A DNA stretch of 64,000 bases, from NCBI GenBank assembly GCA_963666205.1, contig OY762654.1, positions 2,464,001-2,528,000 on the forward strand, read 5' to 3'. The DNA comes from Synergistales bacterium (lineage in GTDB: Bacteria > Synergistota > Synergistia > Synergistales > JAFGMB01). How positions within the stretch are numbered: the first letter of the stretch is position 1; each line of letters starts with the position of its first letter. Both the position numbers and the translations under genes were made by a program. A model generated the notes under the pieces. It was not told the origin of the DNA, searched no databases, and saw only the letters and a list, made by a program, of their open reading frames with translations. Below, piece after piece: positions 1 to 8,713 of the stretch.

Positions 1-539
1 ATTTTGCCACTTTTGCAGGATGGATCCTTCCCCCGGACAAACCACTTCTTCTGGTGACACTCGATGAGTATCAGGCCTATGAAGCCCTTATCTGGCTTCG
101 AAGAGTAGGTCTTGACAATGTCGTAGGCTATCTTGAGGGAGGCATGTTCCAGTGGGTGACCTCCGGACTGGATACTTCTCATGTACAGCAGATCTCGGCC
201 AGGAAGCTCTATGAACTGACCCTGGGTAATATGCCCATCAATATTGTGGATGTAAGGGCGGATAAAGAATTTAATGCCCATCATATTGGGGGATCTGTAA
301 ACATTGCAGTCCAGGATCTTAGAACGAGATATACCGAGCTTGATGCCAATCTGCCCACCGTCACGATCTGCGGAAGCGGACATAGATCGAGCCTTGGCTC
401 CAGTATCCTTAAACAGAGAGGTTTCAGGGACGTTCTGAATGTAGCAGGAGGTATGACCGGATTTACGGCTGCGGGGTTTGCACCTGAGTGTCCTATGTGC
501 AGAATGCCCCATGGTCCTCAATTTCTGGGAAAAGACTAA
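1..539 (+). CDS. Rhodanese-domain protein, probably the C-terminal part of an MBL-fold hydrolase/rhodanese fusion (5' truncated by the window edge)
   Basis: Frame is open from base 3 (FATFAGWILPPDKPLLLV...). Rhodanese motifs DVR..EF..HI.GS.NI, C.SG.RS, and V.NV.GG. Confidence 0.85.
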   Translation, partial: FATFAGWILPPDKPLLLVTLDEYQAYEALIWLRRVGLDNVVGYLEGGMFQWVTSGLDTSHVQQISARKLYELTLGNMPINIVDVRADKEFNAHHIGGSVNIAVQDLRTRYTELDANLPTVTICGSGHRSSLGSSILKQRGFRDVLNVAGGMTGFTAAGFAPECPMCRMPHGPQFLGKD

Positions 540-553
540 GGTTAAAAGCGATC

Positions 554-688
554 TCACCGCAAAGGGACCATGGAAAGAACAAGATATTTGTTTGTCAGAA
601 CATACGGAACAAACATGAAAACAGTAAAATATACTGATCAGAAGATTTTGAGGATGTTTATGGAGTTCCTTGTGTCTTTGCGGGTAAA
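554..688. repeat. Imperfect inverted repeat pair (CCGCAAAG-type) bracketing the intergenic region
   Basis: TCACCGCAAAG at 554-564 and CCTTGTGTCTTTGCGGGTAAA at 668-688. Related to the motif at 5481-5505. Confidence 0.5.
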
Positions 689-749
689 TGTGTCTGGTTC
701 GTTTTTTCTTGAGGTAAAGACAATCTGAAATTGGCATGGGGGTGAGAAT

Positions 750-1256
750 GTGGCTTTCCTTTTTGAGGCCAGGTGGTCTCCATACCTGGTCGGTGTCGGG
801 ATAGGAGTGCTCTGCTGGCTGACATTTCTGCTTTCGGATAAACCTCTGGGATGCTCAACCGCATTTGCACGTACAAGCGGAATGCTTGAAAGCCTTGTTA
901 GTGGTAAGGAAGCGCTGGGAAGACCCTACTTCAGGGAATTTATTCCTGTTGTAGACTGGGAATGGATGCTTGTGGTCGGTATTGTAATTGGAGCCTTTCT
1001 TTCATCCACAATGTCGGGAGTTTTTTCTCCCGGTCTGGTTCCATCCCTCTGGGGCAGTACCTTTGGTTCCATGGCATTTCCCCGACTTGTAGTTGCTTTT
1101 AATGGTGGAATACTCATGGGTTTCGGTGCAAGATGGGCCGGAGGATGCACCAGCGGGCATGGGATAAGCGGGACCCTCCAGCTTGCTGTAAGTGGCTGGA
1201 TAGCGGTAGCCTCTTTCTTTGTCAGCGGTGTGATCACTGCTTTTTTCATCTACTAG
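750..1256 (+). CDS. YeeE/YedE family sulfur-compound (thiosulfate) transporter subunit
   Basis: WSPY..G, LG.S, and GARWAGGCTSGHGISG motifs; hydrophobic. Confidence 0.9.
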   Translation: MAFLFEARWSPYLVGVGIGVLCWLTFLLSDKPLGCSTAFARTSGMLESLVSGKEALGRPYFREFIPVVDWEWMLVVGIVIGAFLSSTMSGVFSPGLVPSLWGSTFGSMAFPRLVVAFNGGILMGFGARWAGGCTSGHGISGTLQLAVSGWIAVASFFVSGVITAFFIY

Positions 1257-1268
1257 GGAGGTGGCGAA

Positions 1269-1826
1269 ATGTTGACTCATCTCCATTCCAAAAGAAAACT
1301 TCAACTTGGGATAGGGCTAACTACAGGTATTTTCTTTGGTTTTCTCCTCCAGAAGGGAGGAGTAACCAGTTACGATGTTATCCTTGGTCAATTGCTTCTT
1401 AAGGATTTTACTGTTCTGAAGGTAATGCTCACGGCTGTTCTCGTTGGTAGTCTGGGAGTCCATTTTCTGGTTTCAGGGGGAATGGCCAATCTTCATCCCA
1501 AGACAGGTTCGGTAGGACAGACAGTGATAGGGGGTCTTATCTTCGGAGTGGGTTTTGCGACCTTGGGCTATTGTCCTGGTACCCTGGCTGGAGCGATTGG
1601 ACAGGGTTCTCTGGATGCACTGTTCGGAGGATTGCCAGGGATCCTTGCGGGAGCATGGTTCTTTGCGATATGTTATCCCACAGTAAGGGATAAGATCTAT
1701 CCCATGGGCAACTTCGGTAATGTAACTTTTCCCGAACTATTAAAACAGGACAGGTGGAAGATAGTGGCCCTTTTAGCTCTGGCTATTGCATTTGTTCTCT
1801 TTGCTATTGAGCTTGCAGGTTTTTAG
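1269..1826 (+). CDS. YeeE/YedE family sulfur-compound transporter subunit
   Basis: GI.FGF.LQKG and GGLIFGVGFA..GYCPGT motifs. Confidence 0.9.
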   Translation: MLTHLHSKRKLQLGIGLTTGIFFGFLLQKGGVTSYDVILGQLLLKDFTVLKVMLTAVLVGSLGVHFLVSGGMANLHPKTGSVGQTVIGGLIFGVGFATLGYCPGTLAGAIGQGSLDALFGGLPGILAGAWFFAICYPTVRDKIYPMGNFGNVTFPELLKQDRWKIVALLALAIAFVLFAIELAGF

Positions 1827-1853
1827 GATGGCCAACGATAGAAAGGGCGAATA

Positions 1854-2213
1854 ATGATATATCTGATAATCAACAGACTGGCCTTCGTGATAGGACTTAT
1901 GGGTGTCATCATAATCCTGTGGGGAGTTACGAATGTCTTTTTTCTTGCTGTAAAGACTGAATACCGGGGATTAAGGCAGCATTTTGTGAGGAAACACAGG
2001 GATGTTCTGAGACATTCCCTTGGAGTATACCTTCTTCTGGGATTGGAGTTCCTTGTCGCTGCAGATATTGTAAGGACAATGATACATCCTACTTTTCATG
2101 AGATAGCTGTCCTTGGTGCCATCGTTCTTATTCGTACTGTAATAGGTTTTACCCTCGATAGGGAGATGAATGCAATTCATAGTAATCACAATAATACCAT
2201 CAGGAAGCTTTAG
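1854..2213 (+). CDS. DUF1622 family membrane protein
   Basis: LG.YLLLGLEFLVAADI..T and LG.IV.IRT...F.L.RE motifs. Confidence 0.85.
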   Translation: MIYLIINRLAFVIGLMGVIIILWGVTNVFFLAVKTEYRGLRQHFVRKHRDVLRHSLGVYLLLGLEFLVAADIVRTMIHPTFHEIAVLGAIVLIRTVIGFTLDREMNAIHSNHNNTIRKL

Positions 2214-2234
2214 ACAGGTCCCCTTGATCTCAAC

Positions 2235-4028
2235 ATGTTATTACTTACAAAGGATATATTATTAACCTTTTCAGTTCTTTCCCTGACGATCATTCTTTTC
2301 ATAAGTGAAAAGCTGAGGGTGGATATTGTTGCCATCCTCATAATGATATTGCTGCCGTGGTTGGGACTTATATCCCCGTCAGAGGCCTTTTCCGGTTTTT
2401 CCAGTAATGCTGTAATATCCATGATTGCCGTCATGATAATGGGTTCCGGTATGGATCATACCGGAATGATGAACCTGCTTGCCTCAAGGATAATAGAACT
2501 TGCTGGAGATCAGGAAAAACGGCTTATGGTTATCATTTCTTCCATGGTGGGACTGATCTCTGCATTCATGCAGAATGTGGGTTCCATAGCACTTTTCCTT
2601 CCTGCGGTCCTGAAAATATGTCGTAAGAAAGGAATATCTCCCTCCAATATCATGATGCCCCTTGGTTTTTCTGCTATTCTTGGGGGTACTCTCACCATGG
2701 TTGGTTCCGGACCTCTTATTATCCTTAATGATCTACTGAAGGGTGGAGGGGTGAAAACCTTCGGGCTTTTCAGTGTAACCCCTGTGGGGCTATCTCTTCT
2801 TGTTGCAGGAATACTATATTTTGCCATTTTAGGAAAAGTCATTCTTCCTTCCTCTCATGAAAAGATTGAAGAGGATTTATCTCAACAGAGCATGATCCGT
2901 ATGTGGAATCTTCCGGATACTCTCTATGTATGCAGAATACCTGCAGGGAGTTCTTTGGTCGGGATGACCAGGGAGGGTCTGGATCTCTGGAATAAATACA
3001 ATCTACACCTGATTTGCATCATTTCGGGGGAAGAAAGTATCTCTGCTCCATGGAGATACACCTCCTTTACGGAAGGTATGAAACTGCATCTTCTCGGAAA
3101 AGAAGAAAATGTGCTGCAGTTTGCAGAGGATAAGGGCCTGATCTTTTCAGGACGGGAAGAAGATTGGTCCCGTTTTGGAGTTGATTCAGGATTTGCGGAA
3201 CTTGTCCTGTTGCCAAAGGCTTCTCTCAAAGGTAAAACTATCCGGGAGATCGCTTTTCGGAAGAACCTGGGTGTGGAACCCATACTCCTTGTCAGGGCAG
3301 AGGGCACCATTTTAGATCATTTCCCGGACAGTCCCCTTAAAGCGGGAGATACACTTATCATTAATGGTCCCTGGAAGAACATAGGGGAGATTAGGAAGGG
3401 TGGGGATTTTGTCTGCCTTACCCCCGTTCAGGAGGAATCAAGGAGAAAAAAGATCATTCCTGCCCTGGTCTGTTTCACCACTGCAATTATCCTTGCCCTT
3501 ACCGGTTTCAGGCTTTCCCTTGCTCTTATGACTGGAGCAGCTGGAATGATCCTTTCCGGTGTGATAAAGATAGATGAGGCCTATGAAGCCATAGACTGGC
3601 GCACTGTATTCCTTCTGGCCGGACTCATCCCCCTTGGCATTGCTATGGAAAAGACCGGAGCAGCATCCTGGTTGGCATCAATGGTCATGAGTATTATCGG
3701 AGATGCTGGACACCCTTTAGCGATCCTTACCGCTGCAGGTATCCTGGCGACCCTTTTTTCTCTTTTTATGTCCAATGTTGCTGCTACAGTTCTTCTGGTT
3801 CCCCTTGTTCTTATAATCGGGGAGGAAACCGGGATTGATCCACGGGGACTTGCCATTCTTGTCGGGATATGTGCATCGAACTCCTTTGTGCTTCCCACCC
3901 ATCAGGTCAATGCCATGCTTATGTCCGTTGGGAGATACCGCAATGCCGATTATCTTAAGGCCGGCGGACTTATGACAGTAATCTTTCTTCTTCTTTCGGT
4001 ATTTCTGGTATACCTTCTTTTCCTGTAG
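2235..4028 (+). CDS. SLC13/DASS family permease with TrkA-C domains
   Basis: Two hydrophobic halves around soluble RCK_C repeats; motifs AFSGFSS.AV, SAFMQN, LGGTLT.VGS, FMSN.AA, PTHQVN. Confidence 0.88.
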   Translation: MLLLTKDILLTFSVLSLTIILFISEKLRVDIVAILIMILLPWLGLISPSEAFSGFSSNAVISMIAVMIMGSGMDHTGMMNLLASRIIELAGDQEKRLMVIISSMVGLISAFMQNVGSIALFLPAVLKICRKKGISPSNIMMPLGFSAILGGTLTMVGSGPLIILNDLLKGGGVKTFGLFSVTPVGLSLLVAGILYFAILGKVILPSSHEKIEEDLSQQSMIRMWNLPDTLYVCRIPAGSSLVGMTREGLDLWNKYNLHLICIISGEESISAPWRYTSFTEGMKLHLLGKEENVLQFAEDKGLIFSGREEDWSRFGVDSGFAELVLLPKASLKGKTIREIAFRKNLGVEPILLVRAEGTILDHFPDSPLKAGDTLIINGPWKNIGEIRKGGDFVCLTPVQEESRRKKIIPALVCFTTAIILALTGFRLSLALMTGAAGMILSGVIKIDEAYEAIDWRTVFLLAGLIPLGIAMEKTGAASWLASMVMSIIGDAGHPLAILTAAGILATLFSLFMSNVAATVLLVPLVLIIGEETGIDPRGLAILVGICASNSFVLPTHQVNAMLMSVGRYRNADYLKAGGLMTVIFLLLSVFLVYLLFL

Positions 4029-4308
4029 GTCTGTTACAATACCTCAAAAAGCGAAGATAAGATAATGTTTACCAACAAAGCCGTAATAAATACAAAGCAA
4101 CCTGTAACCCTTGAGTTTATTTACTTTAGCTGCAATGTTTGTTCACGTTGAATAAATTGATTTTAATTAAATAAGAAAATAATATAGGATTCTCCTCGAC
4201 GTATCAAATGAGATTTGAAGTGGTTTTCGTAAGTTATTCTGATGTGTTTAAGCTAATAGAATGTTTTATTATTTCGTAGATGATGAGGTTTTGGAATTTG
4301 TTCTTTTG

Positions 4309-4338
4309 ATCCAAAATCTAAAATCCAAAATCTAAAAT
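4309..4338. repeat. Heptamer tandem repeat (ATCCAAA/ATCTAAA), about 4 units
   Basis: ATCCAAAATCTAAAATCCAAAATCTAAAAT read directly; a complementary TTTTGGA lies at 4289-4295. Confidence 0.7.
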
Positions 4339-4355
4339 ATAGAGGGTGTATTTCT

Positions 4356-5474
4356 ATGGATTGGGAGAAGACCATACTTCCTGAAGTCAGAACCTATGAA
4401 CCAGCGCAATATGTATATTCCGGAGAGGGGGCAGTTCCTGAAATTGACTGTTCTCTTGGAACAAATCCCCTGGGTGCCAACGAACTTATCATGCATAAAT
4501 GGAACTCCGGTTTTTTCCTGGATCCTTCATTATATCCCGGAGACCAGAGCGGAGTAGTTGATGCCCTTGTTTCATTCTGGGATGGAGTGGTGAAGAAGGA
4601 AGATATCTTTTTCGGGACCGGTTCTATAGGGGTGATCTTTTCCCTTGCAAGGATCCTCATAAGTCCTGGGACGAAGATGCTGGGGATAGCTCCCCAGTTC
4701 TCCGACGGTGCTTTCTATTTTACTTTTTCCGGGGCGAGGATCACCAATGTCGAACTTAAAGCACCCGAATACCTGCTCAATGTAGAAGACCTTACAAAGG
4801 CCATGAGTGACGAGATTTCCCTGGTCTATCTCGATAGACCTCACAATCCTACCGGTCAGGTCATGAGCCTGGAAGATGTCGATTATCTTGCTGCAGAATG
4901 TGAAGGAAGGGGAGCGCTACTGTTAGTAGATGAAGCATATGGTGGTTTTATTCCCGAGGAAGATTCTGCCCTTAACCTTTTAAGAAAGAATATTGTCTGT
5001 ATTCGTTCATTTTCCAAAGCATGGGGTCTGGCAGGACTCAGGGTGGGATATACTGTTATCAGGGATGAGCGCCTTCAGAAGTATTACAGGAAAGTATCCC
5101 CCCCTTTTTCCATCCCGGTCTCTGCCATGGAACTGATACCGCTGATCCTTAAAGACAGGGATTATTTGAGATATCTCAGAACAACCATATCCGAACTGAA
5201 AGAGGAAACTATCAATACGGTGCTTTCAGGTTCAGGGTTTTCGGTAGCGCCTACATGCTCTACTGTTCCAATAATGATAGTGACCCATGAAAACACAGAT
5301 CTGGACCTGTATGACTTCCTTCTGAATAAGGGCGGGATAAAAACAGAACCAGGCTGGGGTTTTGAAAACCTGGGTAATAATTCAGTGAGGCTGAGGGTGC
5401 CAGGACCGGAGAATATGGAAGCCTTCAAAAAATGCTGGGCCAAGGTCTGCAGGGAACTGGAAAAAAGATCCTGA
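4356..5474 (+). CDS. PLP-dependent class I/II aminotransferase (histidinol-phosphate aminotransferase-like)
   Basis: P.NPTG, VDEAY, and RSFSKAWGLAGLRVGY (PLP lysine) motifs. Confidence 0.85.
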   Translation: MDWEKTILPEVRTYEPAQYVYSGEGAVPEIDCSLGTNPLGANELIMHKWNSGFFLDPSLYPGDQSGVVDALVSFWDGVVKKEDIFFGTGSIGVIFSLARILISPGTKMLGIAPQFSDGAFYFTFSGARITNVELKAPEYLLNVEDLTKAMSDEISLVYLDRPHNPTGQVMSLEDVDYLAAECEGRGALLLVDEAYGGFIPEEDSALNLLRKNIVCIRSFSKAWGLAGLRVGYTVIRDERLQKYYRKVSPPFSIPVSAMELIPLILKDRDYLRYLRTTISELKEETINTVLSGSGFSVAPTCSTVPIMIVTHENTDLDLYDFLLNKGGIKTEPGWGFENLGNNSVRLRVPGPENMEAFKKCWAKVCRELEKRS

Positions 5475-5524
5475 AAACCATTTCACCGCAAAGACGCAAA
5501 GGAACCCGTTACCATTTTGTAAAA

Positions 5525-5562
5525 TCTACTGTGCAAAATAAGACTCTATTTTGCACAGTAGA
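5525..5562. repeat. Perfect 16-bp inverted repeat between convergent genes (bidirectional terminator or element remnant)
   Basis: TCTACTGTGCAAAATA-agactc-TATTTTGCACAGTAGA. Confidence 0.75.
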
Positions 5563-5775
5563 ACATAAAATAAATAAAATGTTTCATTGAGGTTCAACAA
5601 CATTTCCTGGTTTCAAGGTTTTATTCGTGAGAAATGTAGCCTCATTTTTCATAGCCGACAAAGTGGCCTGTTTCTTGATCTTCTAGACCCGCGCAGCGTC
5701 CGCCCGTCCCCGGTTTATTCAGTGGTTTTTGGCGGATTTTCATTCTTTGCAATCTTGCCGTGAATAAACGTTGGT

Positions 5776-7647
5776 TTATGCGAAAAGGGTCTTTTTTGCC
5801 GCCTTTTTACGATCGTTATCGTTCAGTATAGCTTTTCTTACCCTGATCGATTTCGGAGTCACCTCTACAAGCTCGTCCGGGGCGATCCATTCCATAGCTT
5901 TTTCAAGGGTAAGGGTTCTTGGCACATCGAGTTTAATTCCCATATCCTTTGTGGAAGCACGATGGTTGGTCATCTGTTTTCTCTTGGTGGGGTTACATGC
6001 CATGTCTACAGGTCTGGAGTTTTCCCCGACGATCATCCCTTCATATACCTTGTCCATAGGTTTGATGAACAGAGTGCTTCTCTGTTGCAGATTGTCAAGT
6101 TGATATCCGGTTGCATCTCCTGTTTCGATGCTTACAAGTGAACCTCTGTTCCTTGAGTTTATCTCTCCCGCCCAGGGACCGTAACCGTTAAAACATGAAG
6201 ACATGATGCCCAGTCCCCTTGTATCTGTGAGGAATTCTCCCCTGTAGCCTATGAGTCCCCTGGTAGGGATCCGGAACTCGAGACGGAGAAGGCCTGTCTG
6301 GAGATTCAGCATGTTCACCATACGGGCTTTTCTCCTGGAAAGTTTCTCAAATACAATTCCCTGGAATTCATCTGGAACGTCTATGGTAAGTTCTTCCATG
6401 GGTTCAAGAAGTTTCCCGTCAACCGTGTCAGTTATAACTTCTGGTCTGGAAACACAGAATTCCATTCCCTCCCTGCGCATTTCTTCGATAAGAATGGCAA
6501 GGTGAAGTTCACCTCTGCCTGATACTTTAACTCCATCTGGCCTGCCAAGATCCTCCATGTGCAGAGCGACATTGGTCTGCATTTCTCTTTCTATCCTTGC
6601 CTTTATCTGGCGCAGGGTTATGGCTTGTCCATCCTGTCCTGAGAAGGGCCCGTTGTTTACCAGGAAGAACATGGAAACGGTAGGTTCTTCTATAGAGAGA
6701 GGTTGCATGGCCGGATCCTCCAGGAGTGGAGAAGCGAAGGTATCTCCGATGTTGATATCCTTAGGTCCTGCTACCCAGACGATGTCTCCGGCATGAACCT
6801 TGTCCACTTCTGCCCTGTCCAACCCTCGTGTAACCCATAACTGGGACACTTTTTCAGGGGTCTGGCCTGTTATCTCCCATTCGCCTTCCTGGTTCAGAGG
6901 GCTTTTCCATCGGGTAGAGATCCTGTTAAACTCCTGGCCGGCTTCCAAAGTGCCCTGGAGTATTTTGCCGCAGCCTATCCGACCGGTATATTCATTCCAT
7001 GCCAGGGTCGTGACCTGCATGAGAAAAGGAGCATCCTGCCTGGCTTCCGGTGCAGGTACGTGTTCGATTATCATGTCAAACAAGTCGTCCATTCCTTCCC
7101 ATTTCTGGGTTTCAAGATCCCTTACAGCCCAACCCTGGAGTCCTGAACCATAAATAACGGGGAAATCAGCCTGTTCATCACTGGCACCCAGCTCTATGAA
7201 GAGATCAAAGGTCTTGTTGAGGGCGTCTGCCGGGTCGGCATTGGGTCTGTCCGCCTTGTTTATGAATACCAGTGGTTTAAGGCCCATTTTCAGCGCATGC
7301 ATAAGGACATACCTGGTCTGGGGCATGGGACCTTCATTTGCATCTACAAGAAGAAACACTGAATCGACAGTTGATAGGACTCTTTCCACCTCTCCTGAAA
7401 AGTCAGCATGTCCAGGAGTGTCTATGAGATTTATAAGGTATCCCTTCCATTCAACCGTACAGTGTTTGGATCTTATGGTGATACCCCTTTCTTTTTCCAG
7501 TTCATTATTGTCCATGACCCTTTCTTCGATCTTTGCATTCTCCCTGAAGACATGGGCAGCCCTGAAGATGGAATCGATAAGGGTGGTCTTTCCATGGTCT
7601 ATATGGGCTATTATGGCCAGGTTTCTGATCTTGTTTACCTCATGCAT
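5776..7647 (-). CDS. typA: Translational GTPase TypA/BipA
   Basis: AIIAHIDHGKTTL, EKERGITI, DTPGHADFSGEVER, GRGELHL..LIE.MRREG.E, and ELVEVTPKSIR motifs. Confidence 0.97.
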   Translation of the reverse strand: MHEVNKIRNLAIIAHIDHGKTTLIDSIFRAAHVFRENAKIEERVMDNNELEKERGITIRSKHCTVEWKGYLINLIDTPGHADFSGEVERVLSTVDSVFLLVDANEGPMPQTRYVLMHALKMGLKPLVFINKADRPNADPADALNKTFDLFIELGASDEQADFPVIYGSGLQGWAVRDLETQKWEGMDDLFDMIIEHVPAPEARQDAPFLMQVTTLAWNEYTGRIGCGKILQGTLEAGQEFNRISTRWKSPLNQEGEWEITGQTPEKVSQLWVTRGLDRAEVDKVHAGDIVWVAGPKDINIGDTFASPLLEDPAMQPLSIEEPTVSMFFLVNNGPFSGQDGQAITLRQIKARIEREMQTNVALHMEDLGRPDGVKVSGRGELHLAILIEEMRREGMEFCVSRPEVITDTVDGKLLEPMEELTIDVPDEFQGIVFEKLSRRKARMVNMLNLQTGLLRLEFRIPTRGLIGYRGEFLTDTRGLGIMSSCFNGYGPWAGEINSRNRGSLVSIETGDATGYQLDNLQQRSTLFIKPMDKVYEGMIVGENSRPVDMACNPTKRKQMTNHRASTKDMGIKLDVPRTLTLEKAMEWIAPDELVEVTPKSIRVRKAILNDNDRKKAAKKTLFA

Positions 7648-7916
7648 TTATGAGACAGCTCCCTTGATTTTATCTTTCTGAATAAAATTATGTATTATAA
7701 AGCACATAGGCTAGGAATAATACACTCAAGATACAATAAATACAAGTTTTTTAGACTATTTTCAAAACCCTGAAGAGGTGTTTCCAAAGATCTGAAAAAT
7801 TAACTGAAAACAAAAAACATAAACAGAAATTCCTCTTTCATTTGCTTATTCATTAAGGTAATATAATAAACGATGAGTTATTCTGATAATCAGACTCAGA
7901 AAGGGAGTGATCTAAT

Positions 7917-8636
7917 TTGACTGAAAAGAAAGCTGGTTGCACAGTTCCATCCGCAAAAGTCGCTAAAAGTGATTCAGAAAAACTTCCTGTTCAGACTGAT
8001 ATAGTTAAGGAGGAAAAGGGTATGACAGTTATGGTTGGTAAAAAGGCCCCGGATTTCACTGCTCCTGCGTTTCATAAAGGAGAATTCAAGACAGTAACAC
8101 TTTCAGACTACCTCGGCAAATGGGTAGCGCTCTGTTTTTACCCCGGAGACTTCACTTTTGTCTGAGCCACTGAAGTTTCGGCAGTTGCCGATCAATATCC
8201 CAAGTTCCAGGAACTTGGTACAGAAGTTATTTCCATGAGCGTCGACAGCCAGTTCGTCCACAAGATCTGGAATGATGTGGAACTTTCCAGGATGGTTGAG
8301 GGTGGAGTACCCTTTGCTATGGCTTCCGACAGCGGCGGCAGCATTGGAAGAGTTTATGGAGTTTACAGTGAAGAAGCGGGAGTGGATGTGAGGGGAAGGT
8401 TCCTTATAGATCCTGACGGGGTGATACAGGCCATGGAAGTCCTGACGCCTCCTGTTGGAAGGAACGTGAGTGAAACCCTCCGCCAGATTCAGGCCTACCA
8501 GCTTGTAAGGGAATCCGAAGGATCCAAGGCTACTCCCTCAGGCTGGAAACCGGGCGGCAAGGTGCTCAATCCCAACATAGACCTTGTGGGTAATGTGTGG
8601 AAAGAGTGGAATCCCAAAGACGTTTACGGAAAATAA
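7917..8636 (+). CDS. prxU: Selenocysteine-containing peroxiredoxin PrxU (AhpC-type); in-frame UGA at 8163-8165 read as Sec
   Basis: ORFs 7917-8165 and 8235-8636 share a frame and join as [18 protein letters not shown]...SMSVDS. The UGA is at the peroxidatic Cys position and is followed by a hairpin. Confidence 0.92.
8172..8193 (+). promoter_or_regulatory. Candidate bacterial SECIS hairpin
   Basis: Stem TCGGC (8178-8182)/GCCGA (8187-8191) with loop AGTT, starting 13 nt after the UGA. Confidence 0.6.
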
Positions 8637-8652
8637 TATAAATTGCACATTA

Positions 8653-8684
8653 AAAGGGGATCTCACCAGGACGAGATCCCCTTT
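8653..8684 (+). terminator. Rho-independent terminator after prxU
   Basis: AAAGGGGATCTC-accaggac-GAGATCCCCTTT followed by T-rich sequence. Confidence 0.8.
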
Positions 8685-8713
8685 CGTTTATCTTCAATAA
8701 AGAGGCGATCTTA

